Shown here: one piece after another, positions 1-10,117 of the stretch
How positions within the stretch are numbered: position 1 is the first letter of the stretch
How the letters are laid out: every line of letters starts with the position of its first letter
Assembly: GCA_964392615.1 (NCBI GenBank)
Contig: CAYMRB010000001.1
Span: 7,343 to 71,342, forward strand
Direction of reading: 5' to 3'
Origin: an uncultured Planctomycetia bacterium
GTDB taxonomy: Bacteria > Planctomycetota > UBA8108
Length of the DNA: 64,000 nt
The notes under the pieces: generated by a model
The model's database searches: none
Seen by the model: only the letters and a program-made list of their open reading frames with translations
What the model was told of the DNA's origin: nothing
Position numbers and translations under genes: made by a program

Positions 1-1618
1 GGATGATGCCGTGAATGTCCGTCTTGCCGTCCCGTCCCTTCGCGACGAAGCGTTCGGGCACGCGCGAGCCTGTCGCGACGAGTGCCGAGAAGTCGCCGCG
101 CTCGAGCACGCAGACGAGGCCGCCGTCGTCCACACGGCGCAGCTCGGTGACGGGCGCCATGTCGACACGCGAGTAAGTGTCGACGATGTAGCGGCGATTC
201 GGCGAGTACTTGATGTCGTGGGTCCCGTTGCCGTTCGTCAGCGCGAGGAGGTTCGAGCCGTCGAAATCGATGCGGCAGTAGTGGACGTAGTACGGATCCT
301 GCTCCGGGTAGATGCCGCTGGCGCGGAACCACACCTGGCGCTTGTCGTTGTCGACCCTGTCGACCTTGCGCACGACCCACTCACCGCGCGTGATCTGATT
401 CTTGACGTCGCCCGTGCGCGAATCGATGAGCCACAGGTGATTCCAGCCGTCGCGTTCCGACATCCAGATGATCTCGGACGTCGCGTCGATGCGGTGCAGA
501 AACGTCTTGAACGCGTAGTCGACGAACGTCTTGCTCTGCTCGTCGATGATCACGCCGACCTCGCCGGTCGTCGTGTCGATCGCGACGAGACGAAGGACCT
601 GATGCCCGCGCTGGTTGTAGAGGAACGTGAAGCGGCGCCCGTCGAGCTCCCACCGGTGGTGGGAGATGCGGTACGGATTCTCGAACAGCTCGTCGCTGAC
701 CGGAATCTCCTTGTGCGCAGCGACGTCGAAGAGGTGCGGCTTCGAGACCGTGACGCGGTCGCCCGGTTTCAGGTAGTTGTGCGAGTGGAGCTTCGGCTGC
801 ACCTGGTCCTTCGGCGACGACTCGACCATGTGTACGGTGTGCCTCTGCGCCGCCGCCGTGCGCAGCGCGATGATGCGCGAGGAGTCGGGCGACCAGTGGA
901 TGTGACCGAAGCCATCCTCGTGCTTGCCGTCGTTCGTGAGGCGATACTCCGCCCCGCCCTCGGTCGCCTGGATCCACAAATCGTGATCCTTGATGACCGC
1001 GGTCCACTTCCCGTCCGGCGATTTCGCGCCCGCTCGACGGGGTTCCGGATCGGGAGCGATGGCCGCGGCGCTGCCGTTCGACGACGCGACGAGAGGCGAC
1101 ACCGCCGCATCGACGGCTGCATCGACGACGACCGCACCGTTCGACTCGGTGTCAGCGTCGGGTCGGCGAGCCTCCTTCTCTGACGCCGCGTTGTCGCGAA
1201 TCTCGTACTTCTCGAGATCGCAGCGCCAGACTTTGCCGCGCGCCTTGAAGCGCAGCGTCTTGCCGTCCGCGTCGAAGTCGAGCGACTCGAGGTCGAGCTT
1301 GTCCGCCGCTGCGGGTTGCCCCGAAGCCGCCGCCAAGGCCGTCGCCAGTCGTGCGTGATCGAACGCGAGCTCCCGCTTGCCGGCAGCAGCGTTCACCAGC
1401 ACGTACTCGCGCTGACCGGGCCCCGTGTCGACGCGGTACCAGAATCGCTCGCCGTCAGCGAACCACTGCGGCTGGACGCGCGTGCGAAACACCTTGTCGC
1501 GAGTCGTGCCGCGCAGCCGGTCGGCGCGCTCGTAGTCGGCTCGCGTGCCCTGCGCGTCAACAGCGTTCGAGGAAACGAAGACGAGCACCAAGCCCGTGCC
1601 GAGAAGCGTCTTTGGACT
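1..1618 (-). CDS. S9-family (prolyl oligopeptidase / DPP-IV-like) peptidase, N-terminal beta-propeller part; the 3' end lies beyond the left window edge
   Basis: My own translation of the minus strand from the ATG (complement of cat at 1616-1618) gives MSPKTLLGTGLVLVFVSSNAVDAQG (signal peptide) ... HIHWSPDSSRIIALR ... WIQATEGGAEYRLTNDG ... ending ...ERFVAKGRDGKTDIHGII at position 1 with no stop. Third-codon positions are strongly G/C. The gene is absent from the ORF track because it runs off the edge. The overlapping ORFs 11..1183(+), 381..1007(-) and 769..1137(-) are Arg/Ala-rich wrong-frame translations. Confidence 0.55.
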
Positions 1619-1725
1619 CATGATCTCAGGGTCGAAAGAGAAGGGTCGTCAAGGTGGCGCTACCCCTACGAGTCTACCTCCCGGGCGCTCGTCGGAGCCA
1701 GCCGCGAAGAGACGGCGGATCGCCG

Positions 1726-2802
1726 CTACTTTCTTGGCAGTTTCACGGTCGTCTTCACCCAGGCAGCGTACGCCGCCTCGGTCTTCGCGGCCGTTCCGTG
1801 ACCAGCGTAGAACAGGAAGCGATAGCGGAAGGACTGCTTCGTTCCTTTCTTGATGACGAGGTCACCCGTTCCCTTCGGCTTACGCTCGAAGTTGTGGACC
1901 CCGAACGGATTCGCCGCGACGAGCCCGTAAGCGCGCGCGTGCCACCACGTCGGGTGCCGGGGATTGGTCGGGTGATCGAAGATCGCTACGCCAACGTCTT
2001 TGCCGTCGACCGTCGCGAAGTAGTCGACCCACTTGGCGCGCTTGCCCCAGATCGCACCGCCCTCGACGCCGCCGTTATTGCGAGCCTTGGCGCCCTTGTC
2101 GATGCGCAGGCCCGGGTGCGTCCGGATTCCCGCCGTGCCCTCCTTCGTGTCGCCGAAGGTGACGTCGCCGTGCGTCGCCTTGATCGTCACCGCGTAGTCG
2201 ATGGCGCGGTCGCCGCCGGGAAGAAGCACGAAGTCGATCTGTTGCTCGTCCGTGCAGACGATCGTGCCGTCGGCCTTGCGCCACTCGTTCTGGAGCGCGA
2301 CGCCGACGAAGTGCGATGTGCCATCGTTCGTCGAATGCGACCTCGAGTTGTTGACCTGCGCCTTCGTGCAGACGATACGTCCGGCGTCCTTGCCCAAGTG
2401 CCAGAAGCTGACTCCGTTCACCTCGCCGTGCGTGAACCACAGCGATTGGTGGTGCGGGTGATCGGGCTTCTCGCCCTCGACGCCCTTCTTCATCGGGAAG
2501 TGGCGCACCATGCGCACGCCGCCGGGGCCGAGGATCGGATAGACGATCGGCTTCGCGAAGCCCTTGTGGTGCAGGGACGCGAACGGCTCGCCATCGATGG
2601 TGACCGCCACGGCCTTGCCGCCGTCGACGGCGCGAAGCGGACCGGCTTGTGCGGTCGACTGGGCGGCGGCGAAACGGCTAACGAGCACGGCGCCGGCGAA
2701 AGCGGAGAGAGCCACGAGACCGCGGACCTTGCGATTCGAGAGCATGCTGCGTTTCCTCTGATCGGTTCGACCTTTGGGCGGCGGGAGCCGCCTCAGAGCC
2801 AA
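1726..2802 (-). CDS. secreted PmoA-like / DUF6807-family protein
   Basis: 358-aa ORF with a signal peptide (LVALSAFAGAVLVSRFAAAQS) and balanced composition. Motifs HHQSLWFTHGEVNGVSFWH, GKRAKWVDY and HPRHPTWWHARAYGL are typical of the PmoA/DUF6807 family. Confidence 0.7.
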   Translation of the reverse strand: MALRRLPPPKGRTDQRKRSMLSNRKVRGLVALSAFAGAVLVSRFAAAQSTAQAGPLRAVDGGKAVAVTIDGEPFASLHHKGFAKPIVYPILGPGGVRMVRHFPMKKGVEGEKPDHPHHQSLWFTHGEVNGVSFWHLGKDAGRIVCTKAQVNNSRSHSTNDGTSHFVGVALQNEWRKADGTIVCTDEQQIDFVLLPGGDRAIDYAVTIKATHGDVTFGDTKEGTAGIRTHPGLRIDKGAKARNNGGVEGGAIWGKRAKWVDYFATVDGKDVGVAIFDHPTNPRHPTWWHARAYGLVAANPFGVHNFERKPKGTGDLVIKKGTKQSFRYRFLFYAGHGTAAKTEAAYAAWVKTTVKLPRK

Positions 2803-2812
2803 TGTAGCACGG

Positions 2813-5800
2813 CTAGCGCTCCTCGACGATCACGACATCCGTCCGTCCGCGCCCGAAGGTCTCCGGGCGGTCCATCTCCTCGGCGTGCGGCGGCGGCGCG
2901 AGGAAGCGTCCGATCGTCGTGGCACGTGCGCGATAGGTGAGCTCGACGGTGCCGGCGCCGAGGCGCGTCGCGAAAGCCTCGACGCGGTCGTCGCGCAGGT
3001 TCTCGTGGACCGCCCACGACGACCAGCGCGTGCGCGCGTGCGGCCCGAGGCCTCGCTCGCTTGCAGAGATCTCGAACCCGGCCGGCAGCGGATCGACGAG
3101 GGCGACGTGCTGGCGCCGTGCCGGTGTCGTCAACACGACGCGCACGAGGACCAGCGCGCCGGCGCGGATGTTCCAACTGCCGTCCTCGAGTCGGATGACA
3201 TCGTCGCGGTCGTCATCGAGCGACTCGAACACGCGCTCCACGGCGAGGCCACGATCGAGCTCCGACACCATCGGATCGACGCGCGCGACTTCGAGGGCCA
3301 GGCGGTAGTACGCGCGCCCCGCGCCGCTGTGCTGCACGACGACTCGCCCGCCCGCCTCGCCGAACGCGGCCCTCGGCAGGAACGCCCGGTGTGTCGGCGC
3401 ATCGCGTCCGACGAGGCGTCCGTCGAGAACGCATCGATCACCGAGCCACGCGCGCGCCGTCGCGTCGGGGTGCGTCGCCTCGCGCGCTCGGAAGTAGTCC
3501 GCCAGCGCGACCAGCGCCACGCTGTTCTCCTGTGTCGTCCGCCACCGCCCGCCGCTGCGACGCGACAGCAAGCCGCGCGCGAGCTTCGCCGCGAGATCCG
3601 CGTCGGCGTCCACCGCCAGCAGTGCGGTCAGCACGAGTGCCTCGGTGCGCGCAGGCGAGTGGAACAGGAGCCGCTCGTCATCGCCGTCCCGCATCGCGAC
3701 GTGCGCGACTCCCGCCGACTCGACGACGCACTTCACGAGGCGCTCACGCAGGGTGTCGACCGTCAGGTCGTGTTCCGTGCGATCGAGAAGCGGCAGCAGC
3801 AGCGCAGCTGCCTCGATCGACAGCTTGCCGGGACCTTCCTCCCACGCGATACGATCCGCCTCGCCCGCGATGTCGAGCACGTCCAGCGGATCGGAGTGGC
3901 GAGATCGTGCGGCGAGAGCGTATGCCTCGAGCGCGGCGCGGCGGAGCGGCGAGTAGTCCGCCGGAATGTGCCGGCGATGGGTCGCGTTCAAGAACGCCAG
4001 ACAGCGCGCGATCACGTCATTCGACACACCGAGGCCCCGCGCGTCGGCGCGAAGCAGTGCATCCGCCACCAACACGCTGACGAAGGGCGGCGCCTCGTCG
4101 CGCTCCGACCACAGGCCGAACGCTCCGTTCTCACGTTGCCGTGCGACGAGCGTGGCGATGTCCGCATCGATGCGCCGCCGGATCTCGTCCTTCGACGGCA
4201 GCGCGCCGCCGAACGCGGGAAGGACGCGGCGCAGCGCGACCGCCGCGAGGAGTCGCGACGCGATCTGCTCCGAGGACTCGTAGGGATACGACGTCAGGTA
4301 GAGCGCTGCGTCGGTGAGCTCCGTCAGCGCCGTCGGCGACACCGTCAGCTCGACGCCGCCCGCGTCGCGACGTGCCCCCGCCGGCACCACGATGTCGTGC
4401 GCCACGACATCGCGGGCGACCTCGCCGTACGCCGCGTAGGTCTCCGATCTCAGGGCGGGCCGCACGGGGATATCGGTCTGCGCCGTATCGTCGAGCTCGC
4501 CCCCGACGGCGGCGATCTGCACGCGCGCCATGCTGACGTCACCGACGTCGGGAACGCGCGCCGTGAAGCGGAGCTCGGCTCGATCACCCGCGTCGACCGT
4601 GACGCGACGTCCGGTCGTGTCGATCCACTCGAGACCTCGCGCGCGCACCGCAACGTCGACGTCGAGCGCGACAGGCGAGCCGTTCTCGACGAGCACGGGC
4701 AGCTCGAAGCGATCGCCACGGCGCACGAATCGCGGCGGCGACGAGCGCAGCCTCAGCGGCGGCCGCACGATGATCGTGCGCGCATCGGTATGTCCGGCCT
4801 GCGCCGCACCGGCGACCGCGACGGCCCCGACGCGATAGTGCGTCAGGTTGTCGGGCAGATCGACCGTGACACTGGCGCGACCGTTCGCGTCGGTGCGCAC
4901 TGTCGGCACGAACAGCGCGAGCGAGTCGAAGCTCCTGCGCAACTCGAGCTGCGGGTGCTGCGCCTCGGGGCCGAGGTCGACCGCGGCGAATCGCACGCTG
5001 CGGTCAACCGGAGCATCGGGCAGCTCGGAGTAGCTCTTGGGCGCGAACCGCCATGCGATGGCGGCCGGGTCGAGGTCGACGACCGAGAATCGCGTCGCGC
5101 GCCAGGTCGCCAGCGGCGCGTGATATGCCGTCCAACTCGCGAGCGGATCGTGACGCCAGGAGGGCTCGCACAGCGCGAGCATGGCATCGTCGACGATGAC
5201 GAGGGCGGCGTCGGCGTCGGCGACCGGACGATCCAGCGCGTCGCGAACGAGGAGGTCGACGATCGTGCTTCCGCCCGGTGTCGACACGTCGTCACGCGGC
5301 ACCGCGGACACGTCAAGGCGCCGTGGCTCGTTCGACACGTACAGCGTCGCGCCCGTGTGCGCGACCACGGAGCGGCGCGGCATCGGGGCGGTTGCGTCCG
5401 CCGACTCCACACCGAAGGAGCGACGGGCCGCGCGCCCCGACAGCGTGATGTGCGCCCAGACGACGGGCGCGTGGCTCGGCTCGATCGGAATCCGCAGGAC
5501 GTGCGAGCGCTCGGTCATCCTGAATCGCCGGCTCTCGACGATGCCGCTGCGAAGAAGGCAGAGCGTGCCCTCGGCTGGCGCGAACGACGAGAGGACGAGC
5601 ACCTCGGCAACGTCGCCCGCCTCGTACTGCGGTCGATCCGTGATGGCCTCGGCGGTCTCGTCCTCGAAGTCCGGCACCGGCGTGCATTCCGGGCCGGCGA
5701 GCCAGAGCGTGCGCTCGCTCTCGGCGCGTCGTCCGGATTCGTCCTCGACGCTGACGCGGACGCGATAGATTCCCGACTTCTCGCGCGGCAGCTCGATCGT

Positions 5801-8800
5801 CACGGGCCCGTCACCCGACAGCACGTCGGTGGTCGTCAGATCGGTCTCGACGATCTCCCAATCGTCTTCCTCCGCGTCATAGAACTCGTCCTCGCTCTTC
5901 GGCCGCCGCTCGCGCTCGATCAGCTCCCACTCGATGCGCGTCGTCGCGACTCGCATCGTGCGGCCGGCCAGCGGCGCGCCGTCGAGGTCGGTGACAACGG
6001 CGTCGATGCGCAGCGGCTCTCCGGCGTACGCGTACGGACGCTCGGCTCGCAAGCCGATCTGCGCGGCGGCGGGGAACACCGTCAGCCGCGTCGCAGCCGT
6101 CCGTTCCCCGTGACTCCCGTCCGCGGCACGAGCCGTCGCCGTCAGCCGCAGAGGCCGCGGCGGCTCGATCGGTTCGAGGTCGACGCGCAGACGGTGGACG
6201 CCGTCGATGTCCGTTCGACCGACCCGATGCGATTCGTGGACGTGCGATGCGTCGTGCAACTCGAGCTGGTCGTGGTGCCACCACGGAACCCACGTGCCGA
6301 ACGTGAAGCCGGGCCACCGCGCGAGGCGGACGCTGGCCGGCACGGACCGGACCTCCCAGGCGACCTCCGTGTCCGGCAGCACCTCGCCCGTGAAGTACCG
6401 CGCCACCGCCGTCAGCTCGGCGGTGGAGCCCGCAATGCAGGACCGTGACTCGCGAGAGACGTCGACCTCGAAGCGCGGTGGGCGTTCCTCCTCGACGATG
6501 AAGCGGTGCACGTGGGTCGTGGTCACGTCGTCGAGCTTCGACGAGCTGACCGCGTTCAGCTCGAGCGAGTATTCGCCGAGCGGACCATCGGCCGGGAGAT
6601 CGAACGCGATCTCGAAGCCACCGGTCGCTGTCAGCGGAGCACGACCGCGGCAGATCTCTGCACCTGGGAAGTCGAACCGGGGGTGTGGGCGTGGAGCCCT
6701 CGCGATGTACTCGATGGACTCGAGCGCGTCGCCCGGGAGCTCGACGTCGCCGTCGGGCTGCACGCGCACGATCCGCACCCAGCCCTTGGCGCGAACCCGC
6801 TCGCCGCCGCGGTAGAACGAGCGATCGTCGATCACGTGCCAGGCGAGCTCGTCGGGAACCTCGTGCCGCTGCCAGCCGAACAGGTACCCGTCGTCGTCCT
6901 CCCCGTCGTCGAACCACTCCGAGTAAGGCAGGAAGGCGACGTCCGCACCTCGGCGCGCGACGACGATGCGCTGCTTGCCCGTCGACGGAAGCGGCAACCG
7001 AGCTTCGCCGTCGGCGTTCGTCACCGCGCTCGGCCCGTCGGGCTCGAGACTCACTTCGACGCCCGCGAGCGGGCGGCCTTCGGCGAACGACGCGACGCGC
7101 ACGATCGCCACCGTCGCGTCGGCGTGGACTTCGATGCTGAGGTCGCTGCGATGCAGCCACAGGCTCTGACCCGACGTCCAGCCGTCAGTCGTGCCGCGCG
7201 CGGGCACCTCGAGTTCGACGACGAGATGGCCATGGCCGTCATCGAAGAACGGCGCGAGGTCGACCTTGACGAGCGACTGCCGCCATCGTTCGTCACCCGG
7301 AACGTAGCAGTAGTCGTCGAGCGTGGCTCGGACGCGCACGATCTCGCGATGCAGAGGGGCCCCGAGCGACCGCGGTGCGCGCCGATAGCGACGGAACGCG
7401 GGCCAATCCGCCGGCGAGACTCGATGCACGCGATACGCGAAACGATCGAGCTCGTACGGCAGGACGGGCAGGAACGGCGGGACGTGCGGATCGAGGACCG
7501 TGAGGAGCGCGTTGATCGTCAGCAGTTCGCCCCGGTCGTGATGTCCCCGTCGCCTGCTGGTGACGAAGCTGACGGTCACCGGTGCGGCGAGCGTCTGCCC
7601 GGACGTGTCGCGCAACGTCGCGGGCAACGTGACGTCGTAGGCCGTCAGCGGCTGCCAGTCGGCGTGGAGATCGAGCGCATTGTCCCGGACGCGCGCTCTG
7701 AGGTTCTCGACTGCCGGATCGACCCGGATCGCCGTGACGTCGACGCTGGCTGGTTCGATGTCGTTCGTGAACTCGAAGTGCACGGACGAATCGAGTCCGC
7801 CATCGCTGACGAACAGGGACCGCTCGAACGTGCCGTGCGTCCGAAAGGTGAACCTCTGCGCCTCTGCGGCGCGCGGCCCCTCGACGGAACGCAGACCCGG
7901 GCCGACGTCGACCGCGACCACCTCGTCCGGCGGCAACGGATCGACGACGACGAGACCGACGCTGCGGTCGCGAGGAGAGTCCAAGCCGCGCTCGAGCTCA
8001 TCCTCGGTCGCTGCGCGCGTCCGGTGCTCGCCGGCGGGGCTCGTGACGCGAATCGACGCGCGAGCACTCGCGGCATCGATCCGCTGGTCGAGAGTGACGA
8101 CGATGACCGGTCGAAGCGTTGCAGGCGTGCTCTTCGGTGCGAAACCGACGACCTCCGGAGCGGGCGTCGCGAACTCCCACTCGACCGCCTTCTCGAGCTT
8201 CGCGCCCGCGAGCGAGGTCAGCGTCCGTGGAACGGTGACCCGAAACGTCGACGCGAGCGGGAATCGCGCCGCCGCCGACGCATTCGTGCCGCGCGCGCGG
8301 AATTCGAGCATGCGCGCGCCGGTCCATCGCCACGTGCCCTCGACGGCGGGCGCGATCACGGGCGGCGTCGCGGGTGGCGGCGCGCCGTGTGCGACCATCG
8401 GCGCGGAGAAGTTGATCGTGATCGAATCGGCCGCCGCGACCTCGCCGACGGGAGCGCGGCGCAAGATCGTCAGCGGAACGGATGGCCGCGCAGGCGGCGG
8501 AGGAGTGACATCGACGCTCGCAGGAAACGGCGCGTCGACCGTGCGGGCCTTCGGCGGCGCAGGCCGTTCGATGACGACCAGCTTGCGGCGCGGCGGGGGC
8601 GCCTCGAGCGGCGGGAGACGGCCGAGCACGGCCTGACGGCGCGCGTCGTCCAGGGGCGCGACATCGGTGTTCGTGGACGGAGAGGTCGATTGCGGCGCAG
8701 TGTCGTTCGGTGCGACGGCGCGCAATCGAAACGGTGGGGACGGGCTGTCGTCGACGGCCGGCTGCTTCGCCGGTTCGTCGGAGCGCGCAGAAAGAGGAAG

Positions 8801-8842
8801 GGCGACCGCGAGAATCGCGGCGAGCACTCGTAGAGCGGTCAT
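2813..8842 (-). CDS. large bacterial alpha-2-macroglobulin family protein (YfaS-like, thioester-less)
   Basis: 6 kb ORF. The N-terminal extension of the listed ORF (start 8983) is Arg/Gly-rich junk. The internal Met at 8842 gives a classical signal peptide, MTALRVLAAILAVALPLSARS. Ig-like MG-domain stretches are present. The C-terminal receptor-binding-type region reads HENLRDDRVEAFATRL...TYRARATTIGRFLAPPPHAEEMDRPETFGRG. The thioester position reads YESSEQ, not CxEQ. Confidence 0.85.
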   Translation of the reverse strand: MTALRVLAAILAVALPLSARSDEPAKQPAVDDSPSPPFRLRAVAPNDTAPQSTSPSTNTDVAPLDDARRQAVLGRLPPLEAPPPRRKLVVIERPAPPKARTVDAPFPASVDVTPPPPARPSVPLTILRRAPVGEVAAADSITINFSAPMVAHGAPPPATPPVIAPAVEGTWRWTGARMLEFRARGTNASAAARFPLASTFRVTVPRTLTSLAGAKLEKAVEWEFATPAPEVVGFAPKSTPATLRPVIVVTLDQRIDAASARASIRVTSPAGEHRTRAATEDELERGLDSPRDRSVGLVVVDPLPPDEVVAVDVGPGLRSVEGPRAAEAQRFTFRTHGTFERSLFVSDGGLDSSVHFEFTNDIEPASVDVTAIRVDPAVENLRARVRDNALDLHADWQPLTAYDVTLPATLRDTSGQTLAAPVTVSFVTSRRRGHHDRGELLTINALLTVLDPHVPPFLPVLPYELDRFAYRVHRVSPADWPAFRRYRRAPRSLGAPLHREIVRVRATLDDYCYVPGDERWRQSLVKVDLAPFFDDGHGHLVVELEVPARGTTDGWTSGQSLWLHRSDLSIEVHADATVAIVRVASFAEGRPLAGVEVSLEPDGPSAVTNADGEARLPLPSTGKQRIVVARRGADVAFLPYSEWFDDGEDDDGYLFGWQRHEVPDELAWHVIDDRSFYRGGERVRAKGWVRIVRVQPDGDVELPGDALESIEYIARAPRPHPRFDFPGAEICRGRAPLTATGGFEIAFDLPADGPLGEYSLELNAVSSSKLDDVTTTHVHRFIVEEERPPRFEVDVSRESRSCIAGSTAELTAVARYFTGEVLPDTEVAWEVRSVPASVRLARWPGFTFGTWVPWWHHDQLELHDASHVHESHRVGRTDIDGVHRLRVDLEPIEPPRPLRLTATARAADGSHGERTAATRLTVFPAAAQIGLRAERPYAYAGEPLRIDAVVTDLDGAPLAGRTMRVATTRIEWELIERERRPKSEDEFYDAEEDDWEIVETDLTTTDVLSGDGPVTIELPREKSGIYRVRVSVEDESGRRAESERTLWLAGPECTPVPDFEDETAEAITDRPQYEAGDVAEVLVLSSFAPAEGTLCLLRSGIVESRRFRMTERSHVLRIPIEPSHAPVVWAHITLSGRAARRSFGVESADATAPMPRRSVVAHTGATLYVSNEPRRLDVSAVPRDDVSTPGGSTIVDLLVRDALDRPVADADAALVIVDDAMLALCEPSWRHDPLASWTAYHAPLATWRATRFSVVDLDPAAIAWRFAPKSYSELPDAPVDRSVRFAAVDLGPEAQHPQLELRRSFDSLALFVPTVRTDANGRASVTVDLPDNLTHYRVGAVAVAGAAQAGHTDARTIIVRPPLRLRSSPPRFVRRGDRFELPVLVENGSPVALDVDVAVRARGLEWIDTTGRRVTVDAGDRAELRFTARVPDVGDVSMARVQIAAVGGELDDTAQTDIPVRPALRSETYAAYGEVARDVVAHDIVVPAGARRDAGGVELTVSPTALTELTDAALYLTSYPYESSEQIASRLLAAVALRRVLPAFGGALPSKDEIRRRIDADIATLVARQRENGAFGLWSERDEAPPFVSVLVADALLRADARGLGVSNDVIARCLAFLNATHRRHIPADYSPLRRAALEAYALAARSRHSDPLDVLDIAGEADRIAWEEGPGKLSIEAAALLLPLLDRTEHDLTVDTLRERLVKCVVESAGVAHVAMRDGDDERLLFHSPARTEALVLTALLAVDADADLAAKLARGLLSRRSGGRWRTTQENSVALVALADYFRAREATHPDATARAWLGDRCVLDGRLVGRDAPTHRAFLPRAAFGEAGGRVVVQHSGAGRAYYRLALEVARVDPMVSELDRGLAVERVFESLDDDRDDVIRLEDGSWNIRAGALVLVRVVLTTPARRQHVALVDPLPAGFEISASERGLGPHARTRWSSWAVHENLRDDRVEAFATRLGAGTVELTYRARATTIGRFLAPPPHAEEMDRPETFGRGRTDVVIVEER

Positions 8843-8918
8843 GGCGCCTCCGTCCGGCGGCGGGCGGTCCCCTCTCTCGACGCCAGTGTACGCGGAGACG
8901 ATCAGCGACCCAAGCGCG

Positions 8919-10103
8919 TCAGCGCGGCTTCTTCTTCCACGCCCGCACCCAATCGATCGAGTAAGTCGACGGCAGGTCGTCATCGCGCGGCAGGCCGAAC
9001 CACTTCGGCATCGTCTCGCTGTCGAAGTTCAACGTCAGCGGCTGGTGCCACGAACCGTTCGGACCGCGGCGCACGAGCTGGCCGTCGAAGTAGAACTTGA
9101 TCTCGTCCTCGTCCCACTCGAGCCCGTAGACGTGAAAGTCGTCGGCAAGGTCCTGCGGCGCGATGAACGCGCTGCCGCGACTCCAGTGGTTCTTCTTGGT
9201 CGGCGTGTGGAACACGTGCACGTTCATGTTCACCTTGCGCTCGAAGCCCTTCGCGCCGCCGCCGATCTCGAACACGTCGATCTCGGTCCACCACTCCTTG
9301 CAGGAGTCGTAGAACCAGAACGAGCTCGACCCCGCCGACCGCATCGGCCTGGCGCGCACTTCGAAGTAGCCGTACCGCACGCGCGTCTTGCTCTTCACGG
9401 CGGCGCAGGAGTACGAGTGGAAGCCCCGCTCCCGCAAGCGCTCCGGAATCGTGTCGCGGCGCATCGTGAGCTCGAGCCGGCCGTCTTTGACGCGAACGTT
9501 CTCGGGACGGAAGAGACCCGGCTGGCGCCCCTTCCACTGCGGGTTCGTCGGCCACCATCTCGCGCGATCGAGCTCGGTGCCGTTGAACTCGTCGCTGAGC
9601 GGCTCGTACCGCGCCCATCCGCCCGCGTTCTTCTGGTCGGACAGCGGGAACGCGTCCGTCGTGCGCACGGATGCGGGCGCTGCCGCGTCGGGCTTCACGT
9701 CGCGCCAGCCTTTGCGACCCGGCTCCGGCGTCGACGGCGGGCGATCGAAGATTCCCTCGAGCGCCGGAAACTCGGTGCGGCTGAACGACATCTTCTGCAG
9801 CATCGGCCGCCACACATTGTCAGCCTCGGTCGCGGGAAGGAAGGCGACCGCGTGCACGACACCGCCTCGGGGCAGCGCGAAGGGCCCGCGATAGCGGCGC
9901 GACGACTCCCAGGTCGCCGCCTTCGTCTGCAGCCAATAGCGGATCTCGACGCCGGGCTTCGACGTGAGCGAGACCTTGCCGAACGGATCCCGGCGGGCGG
10001 TCGGCGCTTCGGGGGCGTCGTCGGCACCTCGAGCGCCGGTCGACGTGATCGATAGACAGGCCACGAACGCGATGAGACGCAGGTGGGACGTGGACGTGGA
10101 CAT
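8919..10103 (-). CDS. secreted glycoside hydrolase family 16 (beta-glucanase/laminarinase-like)
   Basis: 394-aa ORF with a signal peptide (LIAFVACLSITSTGARG). It carries the GH16 catalytic signature E-I-D-V-F-E (WWTEIDVFEIGGG) and the fold is jelly-roll-like. The opposite-strand ORF 8667..10055 is compositionally junk. Confidence 0.8.
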   Translation of the reverse strand: MSTSTSHLRLIAFVACLSITSTGARGADDAPEAPTARRDPFGKVSLTSKPGVEIRYWLQTKAATWESSRRYRGPFALPRGGVVHAVAFLPATEADNVWRPMLQKMSFSRTEFPALEGIFDRPPSTPEPGRKGWRDVKPDAAAPASVRTTDAFPLSDQKNAGGWARYEPLSDEFNGTELDRARWWPTNPQWKGRQPGLFRPENVRVKDGRLELTMRRDTIPERLRERGFHSYSCAAVKSKTRVRYGYFEVRARPMRSAGSSSFWFYDSCKEWWTEIDVFEIGGGAKGFERKVNMNVHVFHTPTKKNHWSRGSAFIAPQDLADDFHVYGLEWDEDEIKFYFDGQLVRRGPNGSWHQPLTLNFDSETMPKWFGLPRDDDLPSTYSIDWVRAWKKKPR

Positions 10104-10117
10104 GGCGGCACCTTCGC

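Noticed and set aside
11-1183. 390-aa plus-strand ORF (also 381..1007 and 769..1137 on the minus strand) at the left edge
   Set aside because: Arg/Ala/Val/Asp-rich low-complexity translations with no motifs. The real gene is on the minus strand in the third frame (1..1618), which the ORF track omits because it runs off the edge.
2774-6448. 1224-aa plus-strand ORF, plus 6506..8833(+) and many 100-400-aa ORFs across 2800-8900
   Set aside because: Antisense or out-of-frame to the alpha-2-macroglobulin gene (2813..8842, minus). Composition is dominated by R, A, G and P with low GC3, typical of shadow ORFs in ~70% GC DNA.
8843-8983. N-terminal 47-codon extension of the listed A2M ORF (start 8983)
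   Set aside because: The extension is Arg/Gly-rich and precedes a textbook signal peptide that starts at the internal Met (8842). The longer start is an artefact of the absence of an in-frame stop.
8667-10055. 462-aa plus-strand ORF over the GH16 gene, and 8980..9813(-) and 9695..10111(-)
   Set aside because: Junk composition. The GH16 frame (8919..10103, minus) carries the catalytic ExDxxE motif and a signal peptide.
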